Assembly: GCA_965112155.1 (NCBI GenBank)
Contig: OZ218101.1
DNA from: Podarcis liolepis
Taxonomy: Eukaryota
Strand: one strand, 5' to 3'
DNA: 64,000 nt
Numbering within the stretch: the stretch's first letter is position 1; each line of letters opens with the position of its first letter. Of the stretch, positions 48,581 to 61,860 are shown piece by piece. The notes beneath the pieces were generated by a model. That model made no database searches and had not been told where the DNA came from. It saw only the letters and a program-made list of their open reading frames with translations. A program made the translations under genes and the position numbers.

Positions 48581-49049
48581 TTGTTCTACTTCTCATTGTT
48601 TCATTTTTGCTCTTATATTCCAGGATGTTTCCTTCTTTTATCACTTCCCCTTTCTTGTTCAGTCCTGGATTTCTCCACTTTCCTTCAGATTGATCTTGTA
48701 GTGATGGTTCTTCCCACAATCTTCTTGTCCTGCTAAGCTGAAACAATGGTTGTTCTTTCTTCATCTTTTACATTTCTGCAGTTGCTTCCTATCATGTTTG
48801 ACATTTCTCTTCTTTGGAATACAATGTGGTCTGTCTTTTTCTCCTCTCCCCACCTTTGCATCACTGTCATTCCTTGTCTCTCCTCTTCTCCCACCTGAGG
48901 CTATTAGGTGTGCTTCTTACTAATTTTGAAGACTTGGCTTCTTCTCATTCCGTCTTCTTTATCAGCTCTTATGTTAGAAGATTTCATTTTAACTCCACAC
49001 TAATGTTCCTGGGCTACTCTTCTTTTAATCTTTCCTCTCTGGGTAGATA

Positions 49050-49215
49050 CACCCCATACATTTAAAGCACACCCCACATATTTAAGCACATGACTTCCTG
49101 CACAGAATCATAGGAAGAGTAATTTATTAAAGGTTCTGGGAACTGTAGCTCTGTGAAGGGAAACTACAGTTCCCAAGATTCTTTGGAGGAAGCTGTGAAT
49201 TCTAAACATGTGCTG
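49050..49215. repeat. Palindromic interspersed repeat (CTGGGAACTGTAG...CTACAGTTCCCA family)
   Basis: Inverted arms are visible and a related degenerate copy lies at about 59890-60025. Class not assigned. Confidence 0.55.
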
Positions 49216-52191
49216 TATATGCCCAGACTATTCTACTATCAGGTTGACTATTCCTTCATTTTGGGGCTTTTTCCAAGTTCTGTTTTGAACCATTTTGTCT
49301 TTTACCAGTTGTTGCTGCTCTGCTACTACCTGTCTTCAGCATAAATCCATTTTGTGATTTGCAACAAATGCAGTGGGTTATATACATTAGCTATTAAAAC
49401 TAATAAACAACAAAACTAAATTTGACAAAACTGGACTTCTCCTAAGTATCTTTCTGGTTTGTAGTCTGTGCTACCAACCCCCCAACCCCAATAACTCAGT
49501 ACTTATTTTGCCCTGCTACCAAATCTTTTATTGAAATAGTTTTATATTTATTATGTACTCTTTGTATCTAGAGTGCTAGAATCAGAGACATAAACACCAG
49601 AAACTTGGGTCGCCAGAATGAAACAGTGCCATTGTCTGGAAACACTTCTTTTGAAAACAAATTCAATAAAGTCTAGGCCTCAACTTCTAGCTGTCTGCTA
49701 TTGAACATTTTATGAGTCTTCCAAGCACATGTGTATTAAAAAGTATGTATAATACATAAGATCTCTCATCTTTCTTCTTCTGTTCACTATTTTTAGGGCA
49801 TGGATATGTCAAGGCAGAGCTCCCTGTTAGAAAGGACTGCCAAGGCTTTGTGTGTCTTTAGCTCAGTGGGGTATTTCATTGACACTAAGGATCTCCTTCA
49901 ATATTCTCTCTCCATCTCTCTTGACATTTTTGCAAGGAGGGAGAGAGGGAAGGGAGGAAGGTGCATATAATGCTCCTACTGCTGAGCACTATGAATTAAG
50001 TCAGCTGGGGTAGGAGTGTGAAGTGGCAGGGATCCATTTTGATGAAGCTCATGCTGATTTGTAGCCCCAATTCTAGCTGTTAGGTAACACCAAACACCTG
50101 TTTTGAGTGCTAGAGAAAGATGGAATAAAATGCTATAGGGAAATGTGCCATACACTCTGTGGCTGTTTGTTTACAGTCCCATTATTTTTAATTTGGATTT
50201 ACATTGAGAAACCTGCCTAAAAATAGAAGACTTTCCTTGCAGTAATTTGCTGTAATTCATTCCTCCCAGAAGGAGGTGGAGCTGCTCTAGTTGTGTGGCT
50301 TGACATTTTTTTTTATTCCCCACCCATGTGATTCCTTACTTAATAATTCTGTGTATCAAACCAAATGTGAAAGTAATTAAAGGGATTTCTTTGAAGAGTA
50401 ATGACTGGTTACCAGTAGATTTATACTACCCTTTTTGTTCAATATGATCTGTAGACAAAAGCATAAATGATGGTATTGCCTTTCACCCAAATATCAGTAT
50501 TATGACATTCATATAATTCAGTCTAGTCAATAAGAAAAGTAAATCTATGGGGATTTTTTTAAAAAAGGAAGAATAATCCAATCCACCAAAGAAATAATCT
50601 GGATTTATTCCTCAGATGTATTCTAAATGCCCAGAAAATCAATATTACCCATGATTTGATTGGGATGAGGTCTGTAAGCCATAGCTTGCAGAGGGGACGT
50701 CATCTTACATGATTCATCTGAAGAAGAGGGGAGTCATGGGAACAACTAGGTTTCCAAGTCCCCTAGATATGCAGTGCATGATTGGTACCTTTTCAGGTCT
50801 GAGACCTTCATGATGGACGTAGATCAGCTCTTGCCGCTTCTAGTGAGTATTGTGGGAGTAATGATGAAGACAAAAGCAAGGACTTCATTCATGGTCTGAA
50901 GATGTCAGTGACATCTCCATCTTTGGCTCTGGGAGATGATGCATAGGAGATACTCTTCCATGACTATTTCCCACATAGCTCCACTAGTGTTAGAATTTAA
51001 CCTCCACAGCATGATTTCCACTTTTTGATAGATTCATCCCACACTGCCCTGATAACATCAGAAGTCCGTGGAAGAGTCTTATCATGATGTGACTACTTTT
51101 GATGCCAGCACTGATAATCTCACATGTGGATGGAGATAATGCGAGAGCAGCAAACACATTGTTGTTATAATGTAAGAATAGATCCCTAACAATGTCACAG
51201 TGTTGAGTTGCAGCATGTCAAAATATGCAGGGAAATTGCAATGTGCATAGGTAGTAAAATGTATTTTCACAGAATGAAAATTAATACTTAGTAAGCCAAT
51301 CTAGAAACTAATTTGAGGGTGCAAATCCTGAACCTACTGCACTTACTTCTAAGAAGAAATGTGGAGAACTGCAGTGTCAGCAGAAATGCTTTCATGACGC
51401 AACGTGTCCATTTGTATCTAAGCAACTGATCGATAAACTGTATAGTAGAAGAAATGATCTTTTTCAAGCAGGCCTTCTAGATTTAACCAAACTGTTTCAG
51501 ATCAAGTAGACTAGAACTACCACTGGTTTGCAAATAGTAAATTCAAATAAGGAAGAGGGTGAAAAAAGGCAGGTCATTAATACTATCAGCAAGCCTCCTT
51601 TAGAACTACCTCCTTTGAGAGCCATGTGCATACTGAAAAGTTACTACTATTGAGGAAGCCTTTTACAGTAGTTGCTTTGGGCGTCCAACAGTGACTGATA
51701 TAAATATTTTATTAGGCAAACCTGCAGGTTTCTGAAGATTATATGTCTTATCAAGTTGACCCTTATAATTATGTTGTCTTCCGTAACGGTGGGAACTCTT
51801 TCAATTTTAAAGCTCTTTTGTAAATATTGATCCAGAGCGTATACAATCATAAGCAAACTGGAGCAGAGCTCTGGAGCAGGTGTAAACAGGGGGATCTCCT
51901 GACTGCTGGAGTGAAGATTCACATTTTTCTCATTTTCATGGAGGGTGTGAGACAAAACCTTTAATTATAGTGGTCATGGCAAATGTTGAGCGCAGCCTTT
52001 GGTTTGATTTCTTTTCCCCAGCAATCTTTCTGACTGTGTCTCTTTTGCTCCCCTGTTTCTTTGTGGAAATCAGTGGCTATTTGAAACTGATCACCGGTGC
52101 AGAGTAACACATTACCTTCAATGCAGACTTGCTGTTGCAAATAGCATTTCTGTGTTGAGTTATTCATAATGTGTAGGATCACTTTCCACCC

Positions 52192-52327
52192 GGGCTTAGG
52201 CAATACGGTGCCCTTCAGATGCTGTTGGACTACAATTCCTATCATCCCTGACCAATGGTCATGCTGCTGGGGCTGCTAGGAGTTATAGGCCAACAGTATC
52301 CTAAGGGCACCATGTCAGCTATACCTG
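52192..52327. mobile_element. Hairpin hAT-like MITE remnant
   Basis: GGTGCCCTT..TGTTGGACTACAATTCC / GGAGTTATAGGCCAACA..AAGGGCACC inverted arms; related to about 39545-39655. Confidence 0.65.
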
Positions 52328-52475
52328 ACGTAGCCCCTGTTCATGGCATAAAGTCATTTCTCACCTCTGCCAGCAACAAATTATACTGAGCAGGGATGGG
52401 GGGAAATGTGTAATGTGGTGACTCACAACACAGAAGAAATGACCCTATGTGTTCAAGGGCTGTTATGGGCTTCCT

Positions 52476-52668
52476 GAACGCCAAAAACCAGGAAGTAAGT
52501 GTTCCGGTTTCCAAACATTTTTCGGAAGCCGAACGCCTGACGCAGCTTCCGCTTGAGTGCAGGAAGCTCCTGCAGCCAATCGGAAGCTGCGCCTTGGTTT
52601 TGAATGGTTTTGGGAGTCGAATGGACTTCCAGAATGGATTAAGTTCGAGAATGGATTAAGTTCCACTG
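52476..52668. mobile_element. Truncated Tigger/pogo-like MITE (right end only)
   Basis: CpG-rich body ending CCACTG+TA like the other CAGTGG-type MITEs; left TIR not found. Confidence 0.65.
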
Positions 52669-52727
52669 TACCGTACCAGTCTACATGGAGACAAGTGACT
52701 TTCTTAAAGCCATAGATAGAAAGTAAG

Positions 52728-53115
52728 CAGACCCTCAAGGTGCCCCTATTTTCCAGCAACAGTCCTGGATTTACAGAAACCGTACTGGTTTCTGATTTGA
52801 TCCCGGAATGTCCTGCTTTTCTTTAGAACATCGCTATTTTCATCAGAGAAATGTTGGAAGGTATGGGATTATGCGATCCTCCAAACCAAAGGAATAAGTA
52901 ACTATACAACATTTAGAAGATATCTGAAAGCAGCCCTGTATAGGGAAGTTTTTTAATGTTTAATGTTTTGTTTTTTTTATATATATGTTGAAAGCCACCC
53001 CCAGAGTGTTAGATGGGCGAGGTATAAATAAAAAAATTATGATGGTGGTGGTGGTGGTGATGACGATGATGATTTAGGACATCCCTACTTTCATCAGAGA
53101 AATTTGGAGAGTATC
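52728..53115. mobile_element. Composite non-autonomous TIR-like element carrying a captured L2 3' end (copy 2)
   Basis: Begins CAGACCCTCAA, an imperfect inverted repeat of TTGGAGGGTATG. The first right end is at 52865, then the L2 3' end with a GAT/GGT tail, then the second right end at 53115. Confidence 0.75.
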
Positions 53116-53509
53116 ATCATCATTTTATTTTATTTTTAGTCGTATGCTGCCTTTCCACAGTTAAAAAGAATGCTCAAGGTGGCTTACAACATGATTTACA
53201 TAATTACAAAAGTCATAAGCAATAAATAAACAAAATAATAATAATACACAACCAAATGGAAAACAATTTCCACATAAATCAAAAATTAAGAATACAGCAT
53301 TAATATCACAGTTTAAAATGACATAGGTGAAAAATAACAGCAATTTAAAACAAAAACAGCCCCCCCAACAGAGCCCTCTCTGTCCAGCAGCAGCAGTCCT
53401 TTATGGACCGCCCTAGGCCAGGTGGTGAGTGGCAGGACTGGGGCCCTCAGCAGGGGAGTCCTCCTGGGCAGCAGCAGGAGCAGTTCTTCTAAGAGTATGA
53501 GTAAGGGAG

Positions 53510-53669
53510 AGGTATTTGCACTGAAGCTCTCAATGCAGGAAGTCCCAGGTTCAATTCCCAGCATCTCCAGGTAGGATTGACCATGTCTCTTCCTTGAAAT
53601 ACTGGGGAGCTGCTGCAACTCAGTGTACTCACTACTGATGGATCAATGGCCTGACTTTGTAGAAGGCAG
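53510..53669 (+). mobile_element. Old tRNA-derived SINE with CR1/LF-SINE-like tail, interrupted at its tail by a Squam3-like SINE
   Basis: GTCCCAGGTTCAATTCCCAGCATCTCCAGG (tRNA 3' half) ... GATGGATCAATGGCCTGACTTTGTAGAAGGCAG; resumes as CTTCCTTTG after the insert. Confidence 0.65.
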
Positions 53670-53671
53670 AT

Positions 53672-53907
53672 TGTGGTGTAGTGGTTAAGAGCAGTAGACT
53701 CATAATCTGGTGAACCGGGTTCGTGTCTCCGCTCCTCCACATGCAGCTGCTGGGTGACCTTGGGCTAGTCACACTTCTTTGAAGTCTCTCAGCCCCACTC
53801 ACCTCACAGAGTGTTTGTTGTGGGGGAGGAAGGGAAAGGAGATTGTTAGCTGCTTTGAGACTCCTTCGGGTAGTGATAAAGCGGGTTATCAAATCCAAAC
53901 TCTTCTT
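53672..53907 (+). mobile_element. Squam3-like SINE, young copy lacking the first ~9 nt
   Basis: Same family as 3267-3521; variant B-box region GGTTCGTGTCTCC. Confidence 0.9.
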
Positions 53908-55473
53908 CCTTTGCAATGCCGACAGTGGTTGGGGTTTGTGCCTTTGACTTGGAAACGTCATGGTGGTCGTGGGAATGTTGAGCACTCCTCCTCCTGCTCC
54001 CGCTGCTGCTGGCAAATCTGCAGTCTGCTGCATCTTGATTTCAGGCTGGACCTTTTGCAGGTGCAGTAGGAGGTTGTAACAGATATCAGGCTCCTTGTGG
54101 GTTGCTAACTAATAAAATCCTAATATTGAGACTTCAACCTTGTAGGCTATATCTTTTTGTACCCCTTCTTGTGTAATATATAAATGCATTATTTAAAAAG
54201 CAGGTTTTGTGTATTCGAGTATGTTGCAGCTCACCTCCGAAAGATGCTGCAGCTTCTGGCCCCAATCCAGTAAAGCTGTTAACCAAGTCAGTCATTCCAG
54301 CGAGTACAAACATGCTAAAAATATATGGCTAAGTGCTTTGTTGGACTTGTGCCAGAAGGCTTAGCCCCCTTATAAGGTTGAATCCTTGGATGAAAAGACC
54401 CACACAGACCTTCTTAGATAGGCTTCCGTCAGTGATTGTATTTTTGCTGGTACTGCAGCATTTATGTTAAGCTTTGCTTGTAAATATAGGCCCTCTGTTC
54501 CTCGATAATGAAGAAACCTTGAGCCTTGCCGCTTCACATGGAAGAGACGCTATTGCAAAGTCACCTGGTTTTTAGCAACTGGTGCAATGTCTTCATCATG
54601 ATACTCCTAAACTAGAGCTCCAGATCACCAACACTAGGTCTCTTTTCTCCACTCACTCATCTGCATCTTTTTTCTGTTCAAGGCACAGTAAATGAGCTTC
54701 AGTACAGCTCGGACTCTTCCCTCTTTCTCTGACAGTGGACTAGGAGAAACCTTGCTGCAGGCCTGTGTTTTTAAAGAGCTGTTTGCCAATATCTGTAGAA
54801 CTGATGCCAATTCTGAAGGGGCCCCAAGTGACCTGCCTTGAGAAGGCCCAACCTCTTTGGTGCCTCAATTTGGGGGTGAATGCGTATGCTCCCCGTCTGT
54901 CAGTCTTCTCACCACTCAAAATCTGATGGAAGTTACATTATACAAAATCTCAAGTTCATAAACAGATGTGATGTCTTACTACAAGCTTTGTACCAAACAC
55001 TTGTTCTGGTTCATAAATAAATGCACATGTCTCACCCAGAATATTTCCCACCACTTTAATCTTAAACAACAGCATTATAACAGCCTTAAATCTATAAGGC
55101 TATAGTCTGATTTGTAGGTTCAGAGAAACATAAAAACAGGGTTCATTATACACCTCCCCACACACACCATTAATTTTGTTTTGCAGAACATTTGCCTCTT
55201 GGAATTGCCCAGTTGGTTTTTGCATGATCATCATGTGCCATACCCTATTAATCCAATGCAAATTTGTTGGGTGTCTGGAGATTTTCTATTCTGTGCCACA
55301 AATAATTTAGCATCTGCTAACAAGCTTGTGATCAGTAGAATTAATTGGGGGAACCAATCAGCAGTGAGATCCTGTCATCTTACCAAAAAGTGCCTTTTCA
55401 GAAGGACAGTGTGGGCACAGATGACCACTAGCTATAGAAAAGACTTTCCCGGCATTCTGCCATACTGTACAGT

Positions 55474-55474
55474 G

Positions 55475-55510
<36 letters not shown>
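55474..55510. repeat. (ATT)n microsatellite
   Basis: Read directly. Confidence 0.95.
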
Positions 55511-55512
<2 letters not shown>

Positions 55513-55845
55513 AAGATCTTGTGGTTTGGCTACACACATGAAGCAGGGCTATATATATATATATAAACCGACATTTTTCAGTACTAGTGTCATCATGGGA
55601 AAATGCTGCCAACACCACTCCTTTGAAATTTGAAGCCCACATCATGGATCCTGAGTGGCTTGCCTCCACTGACAGGGATCCTGAAGTGAGGGAAGGGTGC
55701 AATGTGTCTTTATTTGCAGCTTGCGCAGGAATATTTTGCACTCTAAGAGATCCCTAAGATATGTCTCTCCTTCCACACACATTGAATTAAAGCTTCTGGC
55801 TCCAACTGAAGCTTCCCTAGATTTAAATATCATCTACCCATTCTG

Positions 55846-56080
55846 CCAACCTAGCAGTTCGAAAGCACATCAAAGTGCAAGTAGATAAACAGGTACCGCT
55901 CTGGCAGGAAGGTAAACAGCGTTTCCATGTGCTGCTCTGGTTCGTCAGAAGCGGCTTAGTCATGCTGGCCACATGACCCGGAAGCTGTACGCCAGCTCCC
56001 TCGGCCAGTAAAGCGAGATGAGCGCCGCAACCCCAGAGCCGGCCATGACTGGACCTAATGGTTAGGGGTCCCTTTACCTT
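55846..56080 (+). mobile_element. Sauria SINE, 5'-truncated
   Basis: Family body and ACCTTT tail; 11-bp flanking direct repeat TACCCATTCTG at 55835-55845 and 56081-56091. Confidence 0.94.
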
Positions 56081-56109
56081 TACCCATTCTGTGTGAATGA
56101 TGGTGCGTG

Positions 56110-56142
<33 letters not shown>

Positions 56143-58240
56143 ATTGGGGCGGTCATGTGTGAATTCACTTTCTCCTGCAAATGGGTTGTGGCAGTCACCC
56201 TGCTTCATTTCCAGTCAGTCCACATTCTGGAACTTCCTGCTGAAAACTTGTAACATTTTATACCACAAATGTTCTAGCTTTTTTGTGCGTGTCCCATTTT
56301 TGTTATGCTTCGAGCCCTTCCAGACAGAAATAACATGGTAGCGTTGGGGAAGCATCGCAGAATGAACCCGAAGCAGAATAAATCCACCCCAATTCGATAT
56401 TATTGTGTCGAGAACATGTAAGAATACCATCACAGCAGAATACCATCACAGGAAAACACTACTTTGGAGGGGTCCTATCATACAAGCTTTTGTGGACTCA
56501 CGCCCGCTTTGTCAGATGCATGATGAAGCAAACCACTTTCTATGTGTTTTCTTGTATTGCTGCATCAAGCCAGTTTTGAGCTGGTGATTCAAACACCTGC
56601 CTATTCTCCCACCTTGTGTGTGTGTTTTTATGGCAAGGAAGATTTATTCAGCACTTTTCAGGCAGTATTAAGTTAATTCCTTCAAAAAATCTGTGATGAA
56701 AGAGTTTAAGGACAAGCCAATATTAAATTATGAAAAACAAATTGGCCCTTTAAATTATATACCGCTTTATGGCTGCTAATTTCATTGCAAGGCTGATTCC
56801 CCCCCCCCCCCCAAAACAGGCTTTAAGGACTGCCTATGGAGTTCTTGTAATCCTCCCCTGATCTTTTTCGTGCATCAGAACCCTGGTTTATAGACATGTA
56901 ATGAGATCAGGATGTCACTACATCAATGTCAATGTAAACACCGCTAAGTTAAGTCATGGTTGCCTTACAAGATCAGCAAACTTAATCTCCTTTGGGATGC
57001 CAACTGGCTTTTGTTAACACTTAGGCTTAGGATTGTATCTGCTCTTCTAATGCTTCATTCCCAACATAGATTGAAGCTTTGACACTGCCCCCGCCAATGT
57101 TTGAAAGGTCTGGCACTATTGACATTTTGATTATTGTGGGGTCTTGTCTAAGAATTGATATTATTGACCAGGTGCAAACAAACAAAACAGATCATTAACA
57201 GGAATCCAAGCACCTCCAGAGAAACTCTGTCTCTTTGATTTTCAGACTCAGTTTTGTTAAGTTCTTGCTGTTGTTTACTCTGTGCAAAGATATTAATGTT
57301 TTAATTGAAATATATCTGGGTTGTGGTTTTTTTTTAAAAAAAAATCTTAACATTTTAAATGTCTCAAACCTTGTTTTTGTAAATAATAGGCATGATATGT
57401 CAAGAATAAGTATGCTAAGATAACAATTTGACCCATCATAAATTTTCAATGGAATATATGATATATCATTTTAAATAAATAGGGTGGGGTGGCCAAAGAG
57501 AGAGCTTTTATCTCAGCCTGATTTTCCTACTTACATTTATTCAGTCCTTTATTCTTTCTGTTGTTGTCACACCAATGTTTCCTCTAGCAAATAAGTGTGA
57601 ACAACATGTGTGTGTACATGTCTTTAAATACCCATGGACCTTGGTCCAATTAGATTTCCTACATAAAGGTATTTGGGTATTTAAAAACATGTGTACTTGG
57701 GCATATTTTGACTGCGCTTTAAAAGGGTAAGATCCATATTAGTAATCATGACAAAAAAAGCACAGTGTCTTTCTTCAGGAAACCCAAACCACTGGATCCA
57801 AGTTTGGCATTGTATGTTCATTTGTTGCATAAAGTGTGGAGCTGCCTTGAGGCATGTGGGGTCTGAGTATCTGGTGCTTATCCAAAGTTTAGTTACAGAA
57901 CCTAGGCCCAACTATATAGATAAGGGTTTATGGGATCTCTTAAGGATAACTATCTAAATTATTTTTGTCCTTTTCTTTTGCCTGGGGTATGCCAGACACT
58001 TCCTTGTGCAGAACTGCATACCTTTTGCTCAGGCCAGCGTTCAAAGATTATAATTAGAGGTGCTGCCAAAATTCATAATGAGACAGTTCATAGTTCATAA
58101 CTGAAGTCTGGCAGGGGACATCTTTTTAAAACTGTATCGTACAGGCGGGCCTTTGCAAATGTGATCATTTTTTTAAAACCAAGCAGTTTTTATTGATGTT
58201 ATTGTAGTATCAAGCTTTTATCTTGTATACTGCCTGGTTA

Positions 58241-58273
<33 letters not shown>

Positions 58274-59146
58274 TAATGAAAGTGTGGTTTATAGAATTTT
58301 AAATAAAATAGAATAGTAATAGTAATAATAATAATACAAATCAAGCCCTTTCGCAGTTTCTGTGTGTAAAGCGAGTCCTGCACCACAAATTTACTATACT
58401 GTATGTATAATTGAAAAGGAGATTTATGCAGAGTTAATATTCTTTTTTTGGCCTACGCGCAGTCTGTATGGCTGGCATGAATAATTAGCAAAACTGTACA
58501 CAATGAGGGCCCTCACACACAATAATACAAAAAGAGCTTTTTAAATAATGTATGTTAAATTTTCATAGTTTGTAATGTATACAGCATACAAATAATAAAT
58601 AACCACACCGATTTACAATGGAATGCCAGTAAGAGCCTGTTTTGACTAAATGTAATCTTTACCAAGTTTATATAGCAAAAATTTAATATATGTTTTTAGA
58701 AAGCTCTGCATGTTGTTGTTGTTTGCATGATAATGAATAACTAGCAGCTGAGGCAGGTGGCATCCATCATCTTTGTGCAATCTCAGGTGTTGCAGTCTCT
58801 AGTGCTCTGGAGAGCAATCCAAACCCAAGAGCTGCTAGGTTGAGGGGGCTTGGAAGAGGCTCAGCCAGGGCTTAAGTGACTGGAGTGCCTTATACCAGCT
58901 CAGTCAGAGATACATCCATGTTAAGTCCTCCACCTCAGTTCAGCTTGTCCTGCCTGAAGTTGACTCAGCTGAAGCTGGGATAATTCCTGAAATAGGGGCA
59001 TTCCAGGGCAAGTAGAGATGTACTGCTGTTCCAAACTACGTTCATCTCACTCATGTGACCTAGGAACTTGATTCTAAAGGCTTGTTTTCCCTCTGCCAGG
59101 CATAGGCTGGCTCAGGCAGCAGTAACTTGCTGCCGAATTAATTTTG

Positions 59147-59555
59147 GAATCATAGAACTGTCAGAAAGTTTTTTCCTGATATTTAGTCAGAATCTCCTTT
59201 CTTGTAACTTGAAGTCATTGGTTCTAAGTCCTACAGTCCAGAGCAGGAGGAAACAAACTTGTTCCCTCTTCCATGCGACAGCCCTTTAGATATCTGAAGA
59301 TGGCTATCATGTCTCCTCTCAGTCTCCTCTTTTCCAGGCTAAACATACCCAGCTCCTTCAACCATTCCTCATAAGGCTTGGTTTCAAGACCCTTGATCAT
59401 CTTGGTCGCCCTTCTCTGCACAGGTTCCAGCTTGTCAACATCCTTCTTAAATTGTGGTGCCCAGAATTGGACACAGCATACCAAGTGTGGTCTGTCCAAG
59501 GCAGAATTGAGTGGTACTATTATTTCCCTTGATCTGGACACTAGATTTCTGTTGA
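59147..59555 (-). mobile_element. CR1 LINE 3' fragment with internal deletion
   Basis: ORF 59224..59541 ([65 protein letters not shown]); tail remnant GAATCATAGAA near 59147. Confidence 0.93.
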
Positions 59556-59610
59556 GGCTTGTTTACCTTATACGTAAATTTCTGTTGAGGCTTGTTTAGC
59601 TTATACGTAA
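59545..59610. repeat. 33-bp tandem duplication (2 copies, 1 mismatch)
   Basis: ATTTCTGTTGAGGCTTGTTTA(C/G)CTTATACGTAA at 59545-59577 and 59578-59610. Confidence 0.93.
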
Positions 59611-61442
59611 ATCTGGAAGTGAGCCAGTGGTAGGTGGAGCTACAGGTACAGATGGATGCAGCAATGAATGTTGTACAATAGGCTACTGTACGTCTCTTGC
59701 ACATCTCTTTATCCGCCATGTAGGCAAGCAAGTGGCATTATCAGAGTTCAAGATCACATTGCAACCAAACAAAAACACCCCAGGAAGCCACAAAGGACTG
59801 CTTATGAAGGGTGTGTCTGAGGACAAGGGGTGTGACTGAGGATAGCATCTGGCCCCTCACTCAACCTGTGCTCCCTGTCCCCCACGTTAAAGGTCATGGC
59901 TTCCCCTTAAAGAATTCTGGGAATGGTACTTCGGTGGAATGCTGCAAATTCTCCATTAGAAATCCCTTGCAACTCCCCATCACAGAACTACAATGCCCAA
60001 AGATTCCTGGGAAATGGGAATGAATGCCTGTAATACAGATATTCCCAGAGTTCAGTAGCCTTAAAAGAGATGCATAGTTGTGAAAACTGTACCTACATCA
60101 GTACTTTTTTCACTTCAGTCAAATTTTGTCCCTGTCTTCCTGGCCTCCTGAGCATGCTTGCTAGTCGTCACATGAAACATTTGCAAAGAGAATGAATTAT
60201 TTAAGAGATCCCCCTAATCTATCAGATAGGGAGAAATGGAGATCAATAAAGTGCTGTAGCGATTGTATTGTAATCTATGCAGTTTCTACAGGAACCTTCC
60301 TGTGTCGAATAAATGTAACCCAACAAGACCGCTTTCAGAAACACTCCACCTGTCAAGGCAAGAAAGGTCACATTGTTTGAAAATGACTAATGATTAGTTT
60401 ACAGTTCTTAGAGTATACAAGTTCCATAACAATGGAATTAAATCTTTTGAGGGATAAAAATTAGAAGGTAGTTTACTCCCAAGGGAGATGTGCTGGGGTT
60501 TTGCATTATTAGTTATGATGAGCGCACTCATCAGGACAGACAGCAAAACCCCGGGACGTCTCATTGTTTAATCAGTTCGGGTAATATCATGTTGATTAAT
60601 CAGCTGTGCTTCGTTCTGACAGAGGCGGTTCATTTTCGCAGCAGTGGTTATATATTTTCCATTTCGTATAATGCAGTCATGGTGAACTAGCAGGAGCTCC
60701 ACTCTCTCCCCATCCCACTCCAACCTCCAACCTTGCCTATTACTGGACAATGAGATTGAATTTATTTCTTTACTTATTTTCCCACCCTTCTTGTTGCCAC
60801 CTAAACGAAATTTGTTTCGTTTGTGTGATGACGCAGAAATTGAATGACCCTGATCCTGAGATGGCTGCACCCAAGAATTTTGCACCACGAATAGCTGTGA
60901 GGGTGTAGGCCGTGAGGGTGCATTTGCCTCTGTACTGAAAGGCAGATGGTAAAGAAAGAGAAGGAGATTGCACCAAAGGCTTGTTTTGTCTCAGCAAGAA
61001 TCGTAGGCTGGATGCTCATTCATTCCTTACACTTATCTATCCAACCTGCATAACCCAACAGTGATGCCTGTTTCTGGTCATGAATCTCCTTTTGTGGATT
61101 AAGGTGTTTGAACTGTGCGCATGGGATCCCTTGTACTTCCCTGAACTGAGAAAACAAAATATTTGAACCTCTTATTCTTTAATGAAGGCACGGCATAGGT
61201 GAGCTGCTAAACCGATGGCTTCTTAGAGGCTTTTCTGCATAATCAATCGAATCCTCGATCACCTTTCAGCTTTTTCTTGATAGTAGTATGTAAGACAGAA
61301 CAGCAATAATCAAAAAAAGTGTCTGGTGCCTTGTTCCTTTCCCCCCAGAAGTCTGACCGATTTAATGGAAGACCCGTCTTTTTATACGAAATGGCATTAA
61401 TTTTATGCTAAAATTACACACACACACACACACATATAAACA

Positions 61443-61607
61443 CCGTATTTTCCGCCTATAAGATGCCCCCATGTATAAGACGCCCCCTATTTTGGGGGAC
61501 TCCGATTTAAGAAAATGGGGGAGATACTATCTGTATATAAGACGAGCCCAGATTTTGAACATTATTTTAGAGTAAAAAACCATAGTCTTATACACGGAAA
61601 AGTGCAG
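61443..61607. mobile_element. Tc2/pogo-like MITE
   Basis: CCGTATTTTCCGCCTATAAGA / GTCTTATACACGGAAAAGTGCAG imperfect TIRs, internal TATAAGACG repeats, TA on the right flank. Confidence 0.78.
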
Positions 61608-61699
61608 TATATATGAAGTCCTTATAGTGCGTCTGACTGAGTGATAAAGTACTTTATAAAATCTGCCCTCAATCTCCCAGCATTTATCTTCATTGGGTT

Positions 61700-61860
61700 T
61701 GCACGATTTCTAGTGTTATAAGAGAAGGAGAAAAACTTTACTCCATCCACTTTCTTTGTGCCATCCATAACACCTCTCACTTGCCTTTTCTATAAGTCCA
61801 AAAAGCTGCAGCCTTTCTTCATAGGGGTGCTAGCCCCTTGATCATGTTGGCTGCCCTCTC
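61700..61860 (-). mobile_element. Old CR1 fragment
   Basis: CTTTCTTCATAGGGG..CCCCTTGATCATGTTGGCTGCCCT is the reverse complement of the [14 protein letters not shown] motif. Confidence 0.6.

Noticed and set aside
53370-53492. GC-rich Gln-rich mini reading frame (QQQQSFMDRPRPGGEWQDWGPQQGSPPGQQQEQFF)
   Set aside because: Short, wedged between repeat remnants, no splice context and no recognisable homologue.
60515-60620. Possible C/D box snoRNA (ATGATGA ... CTGA)
   Set aside because: No terminal stem and no recognisable rRNA/snRNA guide complementarity.
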